Positions 19,160 to 31,951 of a DNA stretch of 64,000 nt are shown one piece after another. Origin of the DNA: Candidatus Aminicenantes bacterium (GTDB lineage Bacteria > Acidobacteriota > Aminicenantia > Aminicenantales > UBA8522); assembly GCA_963726335.1 (NCBI GenBank), contig CAVSCD010000014.1, positions 64,169 through 128,168 on the forward strand, in the 5' to 3' direction. The translations under genes were made by a program, and so were the position numbers. The notes beneath the pieces are model-generated. The model was not told the origin of the DNA. It worked only from the letters and a program-made list of their open reading frames with translations, and did not search any database. Each line of letters starts with the position of its first letter. Within the stretch, counting starts at the first letter, position 1.

Positions 19160-20317
19160 TCACTTCGCCAGGCCGACGACCTTCTTCGCGGCGTCCTTCA
19201 TGCTCGAGGCCGGCGTGAAGGCCAGCCCGGAGTCCTTGAGGATCTTCTTGCCCAGCTCGACGTTCGTCCCTTCGAGCCGGACGACGATCGGGATCCTGGT
19301 GCCGAGCTCCCTGGCCGCCTTGACGATGCCGTTGGCGATCATGTCGCAGCGGACGATCCCGCCGAAGATATTGACGAGCGCCGCCTTGACGCTCTTGTCC
19401 GAGACGAGGATCTTGAAGGCGTTGGTGACCGCCTCCTCGGTGACTCCGCCGCCGACGTCGAGGAAGTTGGCCGGATTGCCGCCCGAGTACTTGATGATGT
19501 CGGTCGTCGCCATGGCCAGCCCCGCCCCGTTCACCATGCAGCCGACGTTGCCGTCGAGCTTGATATAATTGAGGTTGTATTTCGAGGCTTCGACTTCGAG
19601 CGGCTCCTCCTCGTCCAGGTCGCGGAGCGCCTGGATATCGGGATGGCGCGGCACGGCGTTATCATCGAAATTCATCTTGGCGTCGAGCGCCAGCACGTTC
19701 CCCTGGCTCGTCACGACGAGCGGGTTGATCTCGGCCAGCGAGGCGTCGGTCGCCTGGAAAGCCCGGTACAGGTTCGCCAGGAGCTTGACCGCCTGCTTGA
19801 ATGTGTCGCCGGCCAGTCCGAGCTTGAAGGCCAGGTTCCTGGCCTGGAAGCCGGCGAACCCGGCGGCCGGGTTGATCCATTCCTTGAAGATGAGTTCGGG
19901 GTGCTCGGCGGCGACCTTTTCGATCTCCATCCCGCCTTCTGTCGAGGCCATGATGACGGGGCATTCCTTCTCCCGGTCGATGACGATGCCGAGATAGAGC
20001 TCCCGGGCGATGCCCAGCGCCTCTTCCACGAGCAGCCGTTTGACGATTTTGCCCTGCGGCCCGGTTTGGTGGGTGATGAGCGTCATCCCGAGAATCTTGC
20101 CGGCCAGGGCCCGCGCTTCCTCCACCGACTGGGCGACCTTGACGCCGCCTCCCTTGCCCCGTCCCCCGGCGTGGATCTGCGCCTTGACGACGACCGGCGG
20201 GCCGATCTTGGCGGCGATCTCTTTGGCTTTGTCCGGCGTTTCCGCCAGCTCGCCGCGGGGAATGGCGACCCCATGCTGGCTGAGGATGTGCTTGGCTTGA
20301 TACTCGTGGATTTTCAC
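19160..20317 (-). CDS. sucC: Succinyl-CoA ligase, beta subunit
   Basis: The 385-aa product has an ATP-grasp domain beginning [12 protein letters not shown]... Confidence 0.95.
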   Translation of the reverse strand: MKIHEYQAKHILSQHGVAIPRGELAETPDKAKEIAAKIGPPVVVKAQIHAGGRGKGGGVKVAQSVEEARALAGKILGMTLITHQTGPQGKIVKRLLVEEALGIARELYLGIVIDREKECPVIMASTEGGMEIEKVAAEHPELIFKEWINPAAGFAGFQARNLAFKLGLAGDTFKQAVKLLANLYRAFQATDASLAEINPLVVTSQGNVLALDAKMNFDDNAVPRHPDIQALRDLDEEEPLEVEASKYNLNYIKLDGNVGCMVNGAGLAMATTDIIKYSGGNPANFLDVGGGVTEEAVTNAFKILVSDKSVKAALVNIFGGIVRCDMIANGIVKAARELGTRIPIVVRLEGTNVELGKKILKDSGLAFTPASSMKDAAKKVVGLAK

Positions 20318-20397
20318 GTTGGGTGTACCTCCGGTAGTGGATTACTCAACCCTCGTTCGGGGACGGTCCCGGCGCGGGACTGCCCTCAACGCTCTTT

Positions 20398-20952
20398 CTA
20401 TTCGACCCGATACTTCTTCTTTCCTTCCTCGTAGAGGTCGCCGCCGTACATGTCGTTGATGACGATGCACGGGAAATCCTTGACCTTGAGCCGGATGACG
20501 GCCTCGGGCCCGAGCTCCGGATAGGCCACGACTTCCGAGCCCACGATGCTCTTCGAGATCAGGGCCCCCGCTCCGCCGACGGCCGCCAGGTAGACGGCCT
20601 TGTGCTTCTTCAAAGCCTCCCGGACTTCCTTGCTCCGCGATCCCTTGCCGATGGTGCCTTTCAGGCCCAAGGCGTGGAGCGTGGGCGCATAGGAGTCCAT
20701 GCGGTAGCTCGTCGTCGGCCCGGCCGAGCCGATGGGCTTTCCCGGCCGCGCCGGCGTCGGCCCCACATAATAGATCAGCTGGCCCTTGACGTCGACGGGG
20801 AGCTCCTTGCCCTCCTTGATCAGGTCGATGAGCTTCTTGTGGGCGGCGTCCCGTCCGGTCAGGAGGTACCCGCTGATGAAGACCTTGTCGCCGGCGCGCA
20901 GGCCCTCGATGACCGGGTCGGAAACAGGCGTCTGGATTCTGTGTTCGGCCAT
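20398..20952 (-). CDS. fumB: Class I (Fe-S) fumarate hydratase, beta subunit (FumB/TtdB family)
   Basis: The 184-aa product matches the C-terminal/beta-subunit family of two-subunit class I fumarases. No alpha subunit is adjacent. Confidence 0.8.
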   Translation of the reverse strand: MAEHRIQTPVSDPVIEGLRAGDKVFISGYLLTGRDAAHKKLIDLIKEGKELPVDVKGQLIYYVGPTPARPGKPIGSAGPTTSYRMDSYAPTLHALGLKGTIGKGSRSKEVREALKKHKAVYLAAVGGAGALISKSIVGSEVVAYPELGPEAVIRLKVKDFPCIVINDMYGGDLYEEGKKKYRVE

Positions 20953-21005
20953 TGTCTCACCTCTCCGTGCGGGCTCGTATCTCCGGGCAGCCGGCCTCCG
21001 TCTGT

Positions 21006-21950
21006 CTAGAGCTTGGTCTCCGCCACCGTGTTCCTGACGACGCCGGCCGTTTTCTGGAGCATGGCCATCTCGTCATCCGCGAGCTTGATCTCGAAGATCT
21101 TCTCCAGGCCCTTGGCGCCGATCAGGACGGGGACGCCGATGAACAGCCCGTGGATGCCGTACTCGCCCTCGCACAGGGCGGCGGCCGGCAGCACCCGGCG
21201 CTTGTCCTTGAGATAGGACTCGGCCATGATGATCGCGCTCCAGGCGGGGGAGAAGAACGCCGAACCCCTGCCGAACAGCTTGACGATCTCGGTGCCGGCC
21301 TCGCGGGTCCGGAGGACGAGCTTGTCGATCTGCTCTTTGGTCGCGATCTCGGTGAGAGGCACGCCGCCGACCGTGGTCAGCCGGGGCAGCGGGACCATGT
21401 CGGGGCCGTGACCGCCGAGGACGGTCCCGGCGACGTCGGCCACGGACACGCCGAGCTCCATGGCGATGAAGGCGCGCCAGCGGGCGGTGTCGAGCGTCCC
21501 GGCCATGCCGACGACCTGGTGCTTGGGAAAGCCGGTCAGCTTGTAGAAGGCGTAGACCATGGCATCGAGGGGATTGGTGACGACGATGCAGAAAGCCTTG
21601 GGCGCGTATTGCTTGATGCCCGCCGCCGCGTTCGTGATGATGGCGATGTTGGTGGCCAGCAGGTCTTCCCGGGTCATCCCGGCGACGCGCGGCTTGCCCG
21701 CGGTGATGATGCAGACGTCCGCGCCCTCGATGTCCTGGTAATCGCCCGTGCCGCTGATTTTGGCGTCGTAGTTGCCGTGCGGCGCCATCTCCATCAGGTC
21801 GAGCGCCTTCCCCTTGGCGGGGTTGACGAAATCGCCGATGTCCAGGACGACGATATCGCCGAGCTCCTTCATGGCCGCCAGCATGGCCAAATTCTGGCCG
21901 ATCTGGCCGCCGCCGATCAGAGCGATCTTGTTCCTTTGATGGTGCATCAA
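21006..21950 (-). CDS. mdh: Malate dehydrogenase (LDH-like type)
   Basis: The product has the NAD-binding motif IALIGGGQIGQ and a catalytic loop typical of MDH type 3. Confidence 0.9.
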   Translation of the reverse strand: MMHHQRNKIALIGGGQIGQNLAMLAAMKELGDIVVLDIGDFVNPAKGKALDLMEMAPHGNYDAKISGTGDYQDIEGADVCIITAGKPRVAGMTREDLLATNIAIITNAAAGIKQYAPKAFCIVVTNPLDAMVYAFYKLTGFPKHQVVGMAGTLDTARWRAFIAMELGVSVADVAGTVLGGHGPDMVPLPRLTTVGGVPLTEIATKEQIDKLVLRTREAGTEIVKLFGRGSAFFSPAWSAIIMAESYLKDKRRVLPAAALCEGEYGIHGLFIGVPVLIGAKGLEKIFEIKLADDEMAMLQKTAGVVRNTVAETKL

Positions 21951-22064
21951 AACCTCCTCTTTAAGCCGAGAATATGATCATGACGAGAATTAGCCTCTGC
22001 CGGACTCGAGTACTCCAAAATATATTGAAATTCCGGACCGGAGTCAACCTGGAATCGGCGAGCC

Positions 22065-23270
22065 CTAGACCTTGACGTAACCTTCCCACCGCTTCTCGAG
22101 CCCGGGGTCCTGGAGCGTCTCCATCAGGTAGTCGGTAAAGGCCATGCCGGTGGCGCCGGTCGGCCGCCCCGTGACCACGAGCTTCTTCTCGTACTGGCCG
22201 CAGACGTCGAGGGCCATCTCGAGCTGTCGGCCCCGCTCGGTGAACCCGATGTGGTTGATGAGCATGGCCGCGGCCCGGATCATCGAGGCCGGGTCGGCGT
22301 ACTGGGCGCGGCCCTCCTTGACCATGCGCGGGGCCGAGCCGTGGATGGCCTCGAACATGGCGTACCGCTTGCCGATGTTGGCGCTGCCCGCCGTGCCCAC
22401 GCCGCCCTGGAACTCGGCGGCCTCGTCGGTGAGGATGTCGCCGTAGAGGTTGGGCAGGACCATCACCTGGAAGTCGCGGCGGCGTTTCTCGTCGACCAGC
22501 TTCGCCGTCATGATGTCGATATACCAGTCGTCGACCTCGATCCCCGGGTACTCCTTGGCGATCCGGTAGAAGTTCTCGAGGAAGCGGCCGTCGGTCGTCT
22601 TGACGACGTTGGCCTTGGTGATGCAGGTGACGCGGCGTCCGGCCGTTCTTCTTGGCGTGCTCGAACGCCAGACGGCTGATGCGCTCTGCGCCCGGCGCCG
22701 TGATCAGCCGGAAATCGATGGCGATGTTCGTCGTCGACCTCGATCCCGTACGGGCCGAGGGCGTAGAGATCCTCGGTGTTCTCCCGGAAGAAGATCCAGT
22801 CGATGCCCTGCTCGGGGAACGCGGACCGGACGGACGTTGGCGAACAGGTCGAGCTCCTTCCGCATGGCGACGTTGCAGCACTCGATGTTCGGCCAGGGGT
22901 CGCCCTTGCGCGGCGTCGTCGTCGGGCCCTTGAGCGTGACGTGATATTTCTTGATCTCGGCCAGGACATCGTCAGGGATGGGCTTCATGACAGGCGGCGC
23001 GGTTCTCGATGGTCAGACCCTCGATGTCGTTGATCTCACCTTGCCGGTCTTGACCTCGTCCCGGAGCATGAATTCGAGGACGCGCTGGGAGTCCTTGGCG
23101 ATGAAGGGGCCGATGCCGTCGCCGCCGATGATCCCGATCTTGATGGGTTTGAGCGTCGCGGTAGTCGATCCAGTCCGGCAGCGTTCTTGAGGGCTTCCAT
23201 GCGTTTCATCTGGACCTCGAGGAGCTTTCCGAAATGCTCCTGGGCCCTGGCGATGGCGGCTTTATCCATG
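22065..23270 (-). pseudogene. icd: Isocitrate dehydrogenase (NADP) disrupted by at least 6 frameshifts between 22500 and 23180; real pseudogene or local consensus error
   Basis: IDH segments appear in three frames: KPIKIGIIGGDGIGPFI; VTLKGPTTTP...ELDLFANVRPV; IDWIFFRENTEDLYA; and an intact C-terminal 148 aa with NLYGDILTDEAAEFQGGVG. There are no internal stops other than those caused by frame changes. Confidence 0.65.
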
Positions 23271-23373
23271 ATTTTCCCTCCCTTACAAAACCAGGATTCT
23301 TCTTTTCTGCGAAACAATTTTATAATTTCGCGGAGGGAAAAGCAACTTGTTCCGGCCGGCTTCCGGACCGGCT

Positions 23374-23402
23374 TTGACAAAGTCCGCCGAACGGCTTATA
23401 CA
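23374..23402 (+). promoter_or_regulatory. Sigma70-like promoter for acnB (TTGACA, 17-nt spacer, TATACA)
   Basis: A consensus -35 hexamer with 17-nt spacing lies about 70 nt upstream of the acnB ATG in the icd/acnB divergent region. Confidence 0.5.
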
Positions 23403-23475
23403 GGTGATTACGATCACGGATCCGCTGATGTCCTGGGACTTGGCCAGGACTGAAACTTACGAAGGGAGGACGGCC

Positions 23476-26031
23476 ATGCTGGAGAGTTATTTCAAGCAGG
23501 AAGTTGAGAGGAAAAACTCGGAATTCCGCCCCTGCCTCTCAGCCCCGAGGAGACGGCCGAGGTCTGCCGGCTCCTCGAGAGCCCGCCGGCCGGGGAGGCC
23601 GGCCTCCTGCTGGCCCTTCTCAGGGGCCGCGTTTCTCCCGGCGTCGATCCCTCGGCCAAGGTCAAGGCGGAGTGGCTTGATGAAATCGCGCACGGCCTGG
23701 CGGTCTCGCCCGTCGTCTCGCAAAAAGACGCGGTCTTTCTCCTCGGGACGATGCTCGGCGGCTATAACGTCGAGCCGCTCGTCGAGTTCCTGGACAACGA
23801 GGAGCTCGCCGCGGCCGCCGCCGAGGCCCTGAAGCATATCATTCTTGTTTACGGCGCCTTGGACAAGATCGTCGAAAAAGCCCTCTGGAACAAGCACGCC
23901 AGGACGTCCTTGCGTCCTGGGCGGAGGGCAAGTGGTTCCTCGACCGGCCGGGCATCCCCGACCGACTGACCCTTAAAGTCTTCAAGGTGGACGGCGAGAT
24001 CAATACGGACGATTTCTCCCCGCCCGGCAAGCCTCGACCCGTCCGGACATCCCTCTCCACGCGCTCTCGATGGGGGAGACGCGCTTCCCCGGCGGTCAAC
24101 GCCGTGATCCGGAAGTTTCGCGAGGAAGGCCATGGTGTCGCCTTCGTGGGCGACGTCGTCGGCACCGGTTCGTCGCGGAAATCGGCCTGCAACTCGCTCA
24201 TGTGGCACATCGGCGAGGACATCCCGTTCATCCCGAACAAGCGCCGCGCCGGCGTCGTCATCGGCGGGCTGATCGCTCCGATCTTCTTCAACACGACCGA
24301 GGATTCGGGCGGCCTGCCGCTCACCGCCGATGTCTCGAAGCTCAAGACCGGCGACGTCATCAGTCCTCGATACCAAGGCCGGCGAAATCCGGAACGAGAG
24401 CGGCGAGGCCGCCGTCCGGTTTGAATTCAAGCCGCCCACCCTCCGGGATGAGTTTCGCGCCGGGGGGCGTCTCAACCTGATCATCGGCCGTAAGTTGACG
24501 AACAAGGCGCGCCGGGCGTTGGGCATGGAGGATGCGACCTTCTTCATAGCGCCCCGGAATCCCACGGCCAAGCCGGGCCAGGGGTATTCCCAGGCGCAGA
24601 AGATCGTGGGCCAGGCCTGCGGCGCTCCCGGCGTCCTGCCGGGGACGGCCTGCGAGCCGAAGATGACCACGGTCGGCTCCCAGGACACGACCGGCCCGAT
24701 GACGGCCGACGAGCTCAAGGAGCTGGCCTGTCTCGAGTTCCAGGCGGATCTCTTCATGCAGTCGTTCTGCCATACGGCGGCCTATCCCAAGGCGGCCGAC
24801 GTCAAGATGCATCAGGCGCTGCCCCGGTTCATGGTCGACGCGCAAGGGGGTGGCGCTCAAGCCCGGCGACGGGATCATCCATTCCTGGCTCAACCGGCTT
24901 CTCCTGCCGGACACGCTGGGAACGGGCGGCGATTCCCATACGCGGTTCCCCGTCGGCCTGAGCTTCCCGGCCGGGTCCGGGCTGGTCGCCTTCGCCGGCG
25001 CCCTGGGCTTCATGCCCCTCGACATGCCCGAATCGGTGCTCGTGAGATTCTAGGGGGAGCCTCAACCCGGGGATCACGCTCCGGGACGTGGTCAACGCCA
25101 TCCCGCTATTTCGCCATCGAAGCGGGGCCTGCTCACGGTCGCGAAAAAGGGGAAAAAGAACATCTTCAACGGCCGGGTCCTCGAGATGGAGGGGATCGCG
25201 GGCCTGACCGTCGACGAGGCCTATGAGCTGACCGACGCTTCGGCCGAACGCTCGGCGGCCGGGAGCGTCATCGCGCTCGAACCGGCGCAGGTTGCGAAAA
25301 ACCTGAGAAGCAATATCGCCTTGATGAACCGGATGATCGCCGAGGGCTACCAGGACAGGGACACACTCAGGCGCCGGATCGAAAGCTGCGAGAAGTGGCT
25401 GGCCGCGCCGGCGCTCCTCGAGAGGGATAAGGGCGCCGAATACGCCGCCGTCCTGGAGATCGACCTGGCCGGGATCAAGGAGCCGATCCTGGCCTGTCCC
25501 AACGACCCCGACGACGTCAAGCTCCTGTCCGAGGTGGCGGGCGACAGGATCGACGAGGTGTTCATCGGCTCGTGCATGACGAACGTCGGGCACTTCCGGG
25601 CGGCGGGGAAGCTGCTCGACGGAGCGGGCGGCCTGCCGACGAGGGTCTGGTTGACGCCGCCGACTAAAATGGACCAGGCCCAGCTCATGAAAGAGGGCTA
25701 TTACGCGATCTTCAATGCGGCCGGGGCCAGGGTCGAGATCCCCGGCTGTTCCCTCTGCATGGGCAACCAAGCCAGGGTCCGGCCCAAAGCGACGGTCATC
25801 TCTACCTCGACCCGGAATTTCGATGACCGGATGGGCGACGGTGCCCGCGTCTACCTGGGCTCGGCGGAGCTCGCGGCCATGGCCGGCATCAAGGGGGCGC
25901 TGCCGACGGCGGCGGAGTATTTCTCCTCTTACAACGGGAAGCTTTTGTCGGACAGGGAGAGGATCTATCGGCCCTTGGACTTTGCCGAGATGGGCGATTT
26001 TACGCTCCATTATACCGGCGCCCGCTTCTAG
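23476..26031 (+). pseudogene. acnB: Aconitate hydratase B (AcnB) disrupted by at least 8 frameshifts between 23520 and 25080; the last 280 aa are intact
   Basis: Collinear AcnB segments occur in all three frames: MLESYFKQEVERKN; LSPEETAEVCRLLESPPAGE...; FKVDGEINTDDFSP; GDVVGTGSSRKSA...IAPIFFNT; [17 protein letters not shown]...[11 protein letters not shown]; [30 protein letters not shown]; and an intact C-terminus with GSCMTN...IPGCSLCMGNQARV. The first shift maps to an A5 run. Confidence 0.7.
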
Positions 26032-26118
26032 AGTCAGAGAGAGAAAGCGGCCGGCGGCGTTTCAGGGGCGCGTAATATCGCGCCGTGTTCTAACGGGCCG
26101 GCCCGCAAAGGAGAGCTG

Positions 26119-26877
26119 ATGATCGACCTCACAGGAAAGACAGCCCTGATCACGGGCGGCTCGCGGGGGATCGGCCGCGCCACCGCGATCCTCATGGCCC
26201 GCGCCGGCGCCGACGTCGCGGTCGGCTATCAAGCCAACGAGGCCGCCGCGGCGGGCGTCAAGGAGGAGGTCGAGCGGCTTGGACGGAAGTGCCTGCCGCT
26301 CCGCGCCGACATCTCGAAGGAAGCCGAGGTCCGGTCGGCGGTCGAACGGCTGGTCCGGGAATTCGGCCGGATCGATATCCTGGTCAACAACGCCGGGATC
26401 TGGACTTATCTCGAGATCGGGTCCGGGGACGCCGCGGCCTGGAAGGAGACGATGGCCGTCAACCTGGACAGCGTCTTCTATTTCACCGATGCGGTCGTGC
26501 CGCATATGAAAAGGCAGGGCGGCGGCCGGATCATCAACGTCGGCTCCACGGCCGGTGTCAGGGGCGAGGCTTTTCACTCCCACTACGCCGCCACCAAAGG
26601 CGCCGTCCAGGCGCTGACCAAGTCCTGGGCCGCGGAGTTCGCCCCGTCCGGCATCCTGGTCAACTGCGTGGCCCCCGGCTGGGTGGACACCGACATGTGC
26701 ACCGAGGTCTTCGGCGACGCTGCCTTCAAGGAACGCGTGCGGCAATCGATCCCCCTGAAGAGGATCCCTCCTCCCGAGGACATCGCCGGCCCGATCGTCT
26801 TCCTGGCCTCGGACCTCAGCCGGCACATCACCGGGGCGATCATCAACGTCAACGGCGGCTCCGTCCTCTGCGGCTAG
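26119..26877 (+). CDS. SDR-family oxidoreductase (3-oxoacyl-ACP reductase-like)
   Basis: The product has the TGGSRGIG Rossmann motif, an NNAG motif and a YxxxK catalytic signature. An AAGGAGA RBS lies upstream. Confidence 0.85.
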   Translation: MIDLTGKTALITGGSRGIGRATAILMARAGADVAVGYQANEAAAAGVKEEVERLGRKCLPLRADISKEAEVRSAVERLVREFGRIDILVNNAGIWTYLEIGSGDAAAWKETMAVNLDSVFYFTDAVVPHMKRQGGGRIINVGSTAGVRGEAFHSHYAATKGAVQALTKSWAAEFAPSGILVNCVAPGWVDTDMCTEVFGDAAFKERVRQSIPLKRIPPPEDIAGPIVFLASDLSRHITGAIINVNGGSVLCG

Positions 26878-27121
26878 GCTCGGAGCTGATCCGGGCGCAG
26901 AAGCTGATCCGACGCCGTCGTTCGGTCGGCTTTCCCGAGGAAGCATCTTCTGCGATGATGCGATGCCAAGGGGGCTTCGCGGGGTGGCATGACGCGCCAT
27001 GACAGGACCCTCTTCGACGAATAACAATCACACGAAAAGAGATGCTGGCCTCTCCCGGATGGACTTGCCAAGGCCGCGCGATTTTGCTACCTTTGGCTCA
27101 GGTCCCGCGAAGGAGGACAGC

Positions 27122-27379
27122 ATGGAGGAAGAAGTCGGCCGGATCAGCCACTATTTTTCCCGGATCAATGTCGGAGTGGTCGAGCTGACGAAGGGCGGCT
27201 TGAAGGTGGGGGACACGATCCACGTCAAGGGGCACACCACGGATCTTTATCAGAAGATCGATTCCATGCAGATGGAGCACGCCGCCGTTCAAGCCGCCGA
27301 TGTCGGCGAGTCGTTCGGGCTCGAGGTCGGATCCCAGGTCCGCCAGCATGACCTGGTCTTCAAGCACACGGAGGATTGA
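27122..27379 (+). CDS. Small (85-aa) EF-Tu domain-2-like beta-barrel protein
   Basis: An AAGGAGGA RBS lies 6 nt upstream of the ATG. The sequence VGDTIHVKGHTTDLYQKIDSMQMEHAAVQAADVGESFGLEV resembles EF-Tu/IF2 domain II. The gene sits directly upstream of the mutase genes. Confidence 0.5.
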   Translation: MEEEVGRISHYFSRINVGVVELTKGGLKVGDTIHVKGHTTDLYQKIDSMQMEHAAVQAADVGESFGLEVGSQVRQHDLVFKHTED

Positions 27380-27415
27380 AGAGAAATTCGCCCGGAGCCG
27401 AGGAGTCTGACTGAA

Positions 27416-29092
<1,677 letters not shown>

Positions 29093-29100
29093 GAGGTTTC

Positions 29101-29532
29101 ATGCCAGGCAAAAAAATCAGAGTCCTGATCGCCAAGCCGGGGCTCGACGGACATGACCGCGGGGCCAAGGTCATCTGCCGGGCCCTCCGGGACGCGGGGA
29201 TGGAAGTGATCTATACGGGACTGCGCCGCACGCCCGAGGAGATCGTCAGCGCCGCCATCCAGGAGGATGTGGACGTCATCGGGCTGAGCATCCTCTCGGG
29301 CGCGCATCCCATTCTCTTCCCGAAGATCATCAGCCTCCTCAGGAGAAACAAGGCCGGGGACATCCCGGTGATCGCCGGCGGGATCATCCCCGAAAAGGAC
29401 ATCGCCGCGATGAAAAAAGCGGGCATCCAGGAGATCTTCCTGCCCGGGACGACCACCCAGGCCATCGTCGACTGGATCACCGCCCGCCTGGCGGGGGCAA
29501 AAAACATTGAATTCCGCCGATTTAAGCCTTGA
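29101..29532 (+). CDS. Methylmalonyl-CoA mutase B12-binding subunit
   Basis: The 143-aa product carries the DGHDRG (DxHxxG) cobalamin-binding motif. Confidence 0.9.
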   Translation: MPGKKIRVLIAKPGLDGHDRGAKVICRALRDAGMEVIYTGLRRTPEEIVSAAIQEDVDVIGLSILSGAHPILFPKIISLLRRNKAGDIPVIAGGIIPEKDIAAMKKAGIQEIFLPGTTTQAIVDWITARLAGAKNIEFRRFKP

Positions 29533-29569
29533 CATTGATTTTTCAATCTGTTAATCAAGGGGAGGTACC

Positions 29570-30481
29570 ATGGCGAAGAAGTTCCTGTCCTTCATCATCG
29601 TCCCCCACTGCGCCCAGAAATTCAAGACCATCACGCTTTCCCAGAAGGTCATCAAGTGCTCGGGGACCGTTCTCGGCCTCGGCTTTCTCGTCCTGATCGC
29701 CTTCCTCGTCGATTACGCCACCATGAACGTCACCCGGGCGAAATACAAGGGCTTGCTCCGGGAGAACGCCGAGCAGAAAAAGCTGATTTCGGATTACGAA
29801 AGCTCGATCTTCAAGCTCCGGGATGTGGTGAAGAACTTCGAGAGCTACGCCAAGAAGCTCAACGTCATGGCGGGGCTCCGCTCGCCCGAGGTCATCGAGG
29901 AGCTGGGCATCGGCGACGGCGACACCTCCCAATTGAGCACCCCCATGGAGGACGTCGCGGCCCCGGCGGCCGCCGGGCAGAACATCTCCCTCCAGGACGC
30001 CAAGGTCTTGACGGAAAGGGCCAAGGACGTCACCAAGAGCCTGGATATCCTCTCCAAGTATTTCGAGACCCAGACCGCCCAGCTCGCCTCGACGCCCACC
30101 ATCTGGCCGACCATCGGCTGGGTCAGTTCGGCGTTTTCCTTCCGGGATGATCCGTTCACGGGAAAGCGGGCCTTTCATTACGGCATCGATATCGCCACGA
30201 ACTTCGGGAACCCGATCGTGGCTTCGGCCGACGGCATCGTGCTCTCCCTCGGCACGGATAAGATCCTCGGCCGGAACATCATCATCGGTCACGGCGCGGC
30301 GATGACGACCCACTATCTCCACCTGAGCAAGTTCCTGATCAAGGCCGGGGAAAAAGTGAAGCGCGGCGACGTCATCGGGCTGGTCGGAAAATCCGGCAAG
30401 GCCATGGGGCCTCACCTCCATTACGAGGTCAGGATCAACAACAAGCCGGTCAATCCCTACGACTATATCCTCGAAGAGTAG
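29570..30481 (+). CDS. M23-family metallopeptidase (membrane-anchored, with coiled-coil)
   Basis: The product has an N-terminal TM segment and the C-terminal M23 motifs HYGIDIA...GPHLHYEV. Confidence 0.85.
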   Translation: MAKKFLSFIIVPHCAQKFKTITLSQKVIKCSGTVLGLGFLVLIAFLVDYATMNVTRAKYKGLLRENAEQKKLISDYESSIFKLRDVVKNFESYAKKLNVMAGLRSPEVIEELGIGDGDTSQLSTPMEDVAAPAAAGQNISLQDAKVLTERAKDVTKSLDILSKYFETQTAQLASTPTIWPTIGWVSSAFSFRDDPFTGKRAFHYGIDIATNFGNPIVASADGIVLSLGTDKILGRNIIIGHGAAMTTHYLHLSKFLIKAGEKVKRGDVIGLVGKSGKAMGPHLHYEVRINNKPVNPYDYILEE

Positions 30482-30498
30482 CTCCTCTTCTCCGCTTC

Positions 30499-31431
30499 TT
30501 AACCCAAGATATCGCCGGGGGCGAGCCTTGTGCCGCGGAGGAATTCGGCCGCTCCCAGCGCCTTTTTATTCTCCCTCTGAAGGCGCTCGACGGTGAAGAC
30601 GGTCGCGTCCCCGCAGCACACAGCGACCCCGCTCCCGGCGGCCGAGGCGACCTGTCCGGGCGGGCCGCACTGGACGGCGTCGCCGGCGGCCCGGCCGGAG
30701 TGGAGGATGAGGCGCCGGCCTCTCCAGAAGGTGAACGCTCCCGGCCAGGGAGAAAAGGCCCTGACCATCCTCTCGATCTCCACCGAGCTCTTGGTCCAGT
30801 CGATCCGTCCCTGCTCTTTTTTCAATCGGGGCGCCGGAGTCGCCAGCCGGTGGTCCTGAGGGACCCGCGGCAGGCGGTCGATCCGATCGAGCGTGGCGGT
30901 CAGAAGCTCCGCGCCCACCCGGGCCAGCCGGGCTTCAAGCTCGCCGGCCGTCTCCCTCGGCCGGATCTCGACTTCCTCGCGGCTCAGAATGTCTCCCTCG
31001 TCCATCCTCTCGTCGAGCTCGAAAATGGTGACCCCCGTCCTGGGCTCTCCGTTCAGGATGGCCCACTCGACCGGGGCGGCGCCGCGGTGCTTCGGAAGCA
31101 GGGAGAAGTGGAGGTTTACCGATTTCCACCGCGGAAGATAGATGACGGAGGCCGGCAGGATCTGTCCGTAAGCGACGACGACGTTGATATCGGGAGCCGC
31201 GGCGCGAAGCGCCTCGAGGAAGACGGTGTCATTCCGGACCTTGGCCGGCTGCAGGACGGGGATCCCGCGGCCGAGGGCGGAGGCCTTTACGGGAGGTGCG
31301 GAGGTCGATTTCCCGCGGCCCGCGGGCCGGTCGGGCTGGGTGACGGCCAGGACGATCTCGTGGCCCGCCTCGAGCAGTTTTTCGAGGGAGGGGAGAGCGG
31401 CCGCCGGGCTCCCGAAGAAGGCGATTCGCAT
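30499..31431 (-). CDS. fmt: Methionyl-tRNA formyltransferase
   Basis: The 310-aa product begins MRIAFFGSP and carries the SLLP.HRGAAP motif. It lies downstream of def. Confidence 0.95.
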   Translation of the reverse strand: MRIAFFGSPAAALPSLEKLLEAGHEIVLAVTQPDRPAGRGKSTSAPPVKASALGRGIPVLQPAKVRNDTVFLEALRAAAPDINVVVAYGQILPASVIYLPRWKSVNLHFSLLPKHRGAAPVEWAILNGEPRTGVTIFELDERMDEGDILSREEVEIRPRETAGELEARLARVGAELLTATLDRIDRLPRVPQDHRLATPAPRLKKEQGRIDWTKSSVEIERMVRAFSPWPGAFTFWRGRRLILHSGRAAGDAVQCGPPGQVASAAGSGVAVCCGDATVFTVERLQRENKKALGAAEFLRGTRLAPGDILG

Positions 31432-31441
31432 CCTGGTCAGG

Positions 31442-31951
31442 TCAGGCGGAGTCTTCTTGAAGCTTTTTGAGCTTCTTCTTGACCAGTGTTTTCTTGAGGG
31501 GGGTCAGGTTTTCGATGAACAAGCGGCCATCGATATGGTCGATCTCGTGGCAGAAAACCCTGGCCAGCGGCCCTGTGGCGGTGATCTCTTTTTCGCGGCC
31601 TTCGAGGTCGAGCCCCCGGACCTTGACTTGCGCCGGCCGGCGGACCATCTCATTGATGCCCGGAACTGACAGACAGCCCTCCTCGCCGTAATCCTCGCCC
31701 TCCTTTTCCACGATCTCGGGGTTGACGAGGATGTGGAGCTGTTCCGGCCGCTCGCCGACCGAAAGGTCCACGGTGATCACCCTCCGGCTGACGCAGACCT
31801 GGGGCGCGGCCAGGCCGATCCCCGGGGCGGCGTGCATGGTCAGCACCATGTCGTGGGCCAAGGTGCGGATCTCGTCGTCGATCTCCCGCACGGGCTCGGC
31901 GCGGCGGTGGAGGACCGGGTGTCCGTAGGTGATGATCTTGAGTACAGGCAT
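31442..31951 (-). CDS. def: Peptide deformylase
   Basis: The product has the GIGLAAPQ, EGCLS and HEIDH motifs. Confidence 0.95.
   Translation of the reverse strand: MPVLKIITYGHPVLHRRAEPVREIDDEIRTLAHDMVLTMHAAPGIGLAAPQVCVSRRVITVDLSVGERPEQLHILVNPEIVEKEGEDYGEEGCLSVPGINEMVRRPAQVKVRGLDLEGREKEITATGPLARVFCHEIDHIDGRLFIENLTPLKKTLVKKKLKKLQEDSA

Noticed and set aside
18124-19218. 364-aa plus-strand ORF covering the inverted-repeat element and antisense to sucD
   Set aside because: The product is a low-complexity Gly/Asp/Arg-rich translation that overlaps the well-supported sucD on the other strand and begins inside a palindromic element. It is a spurious ORF.
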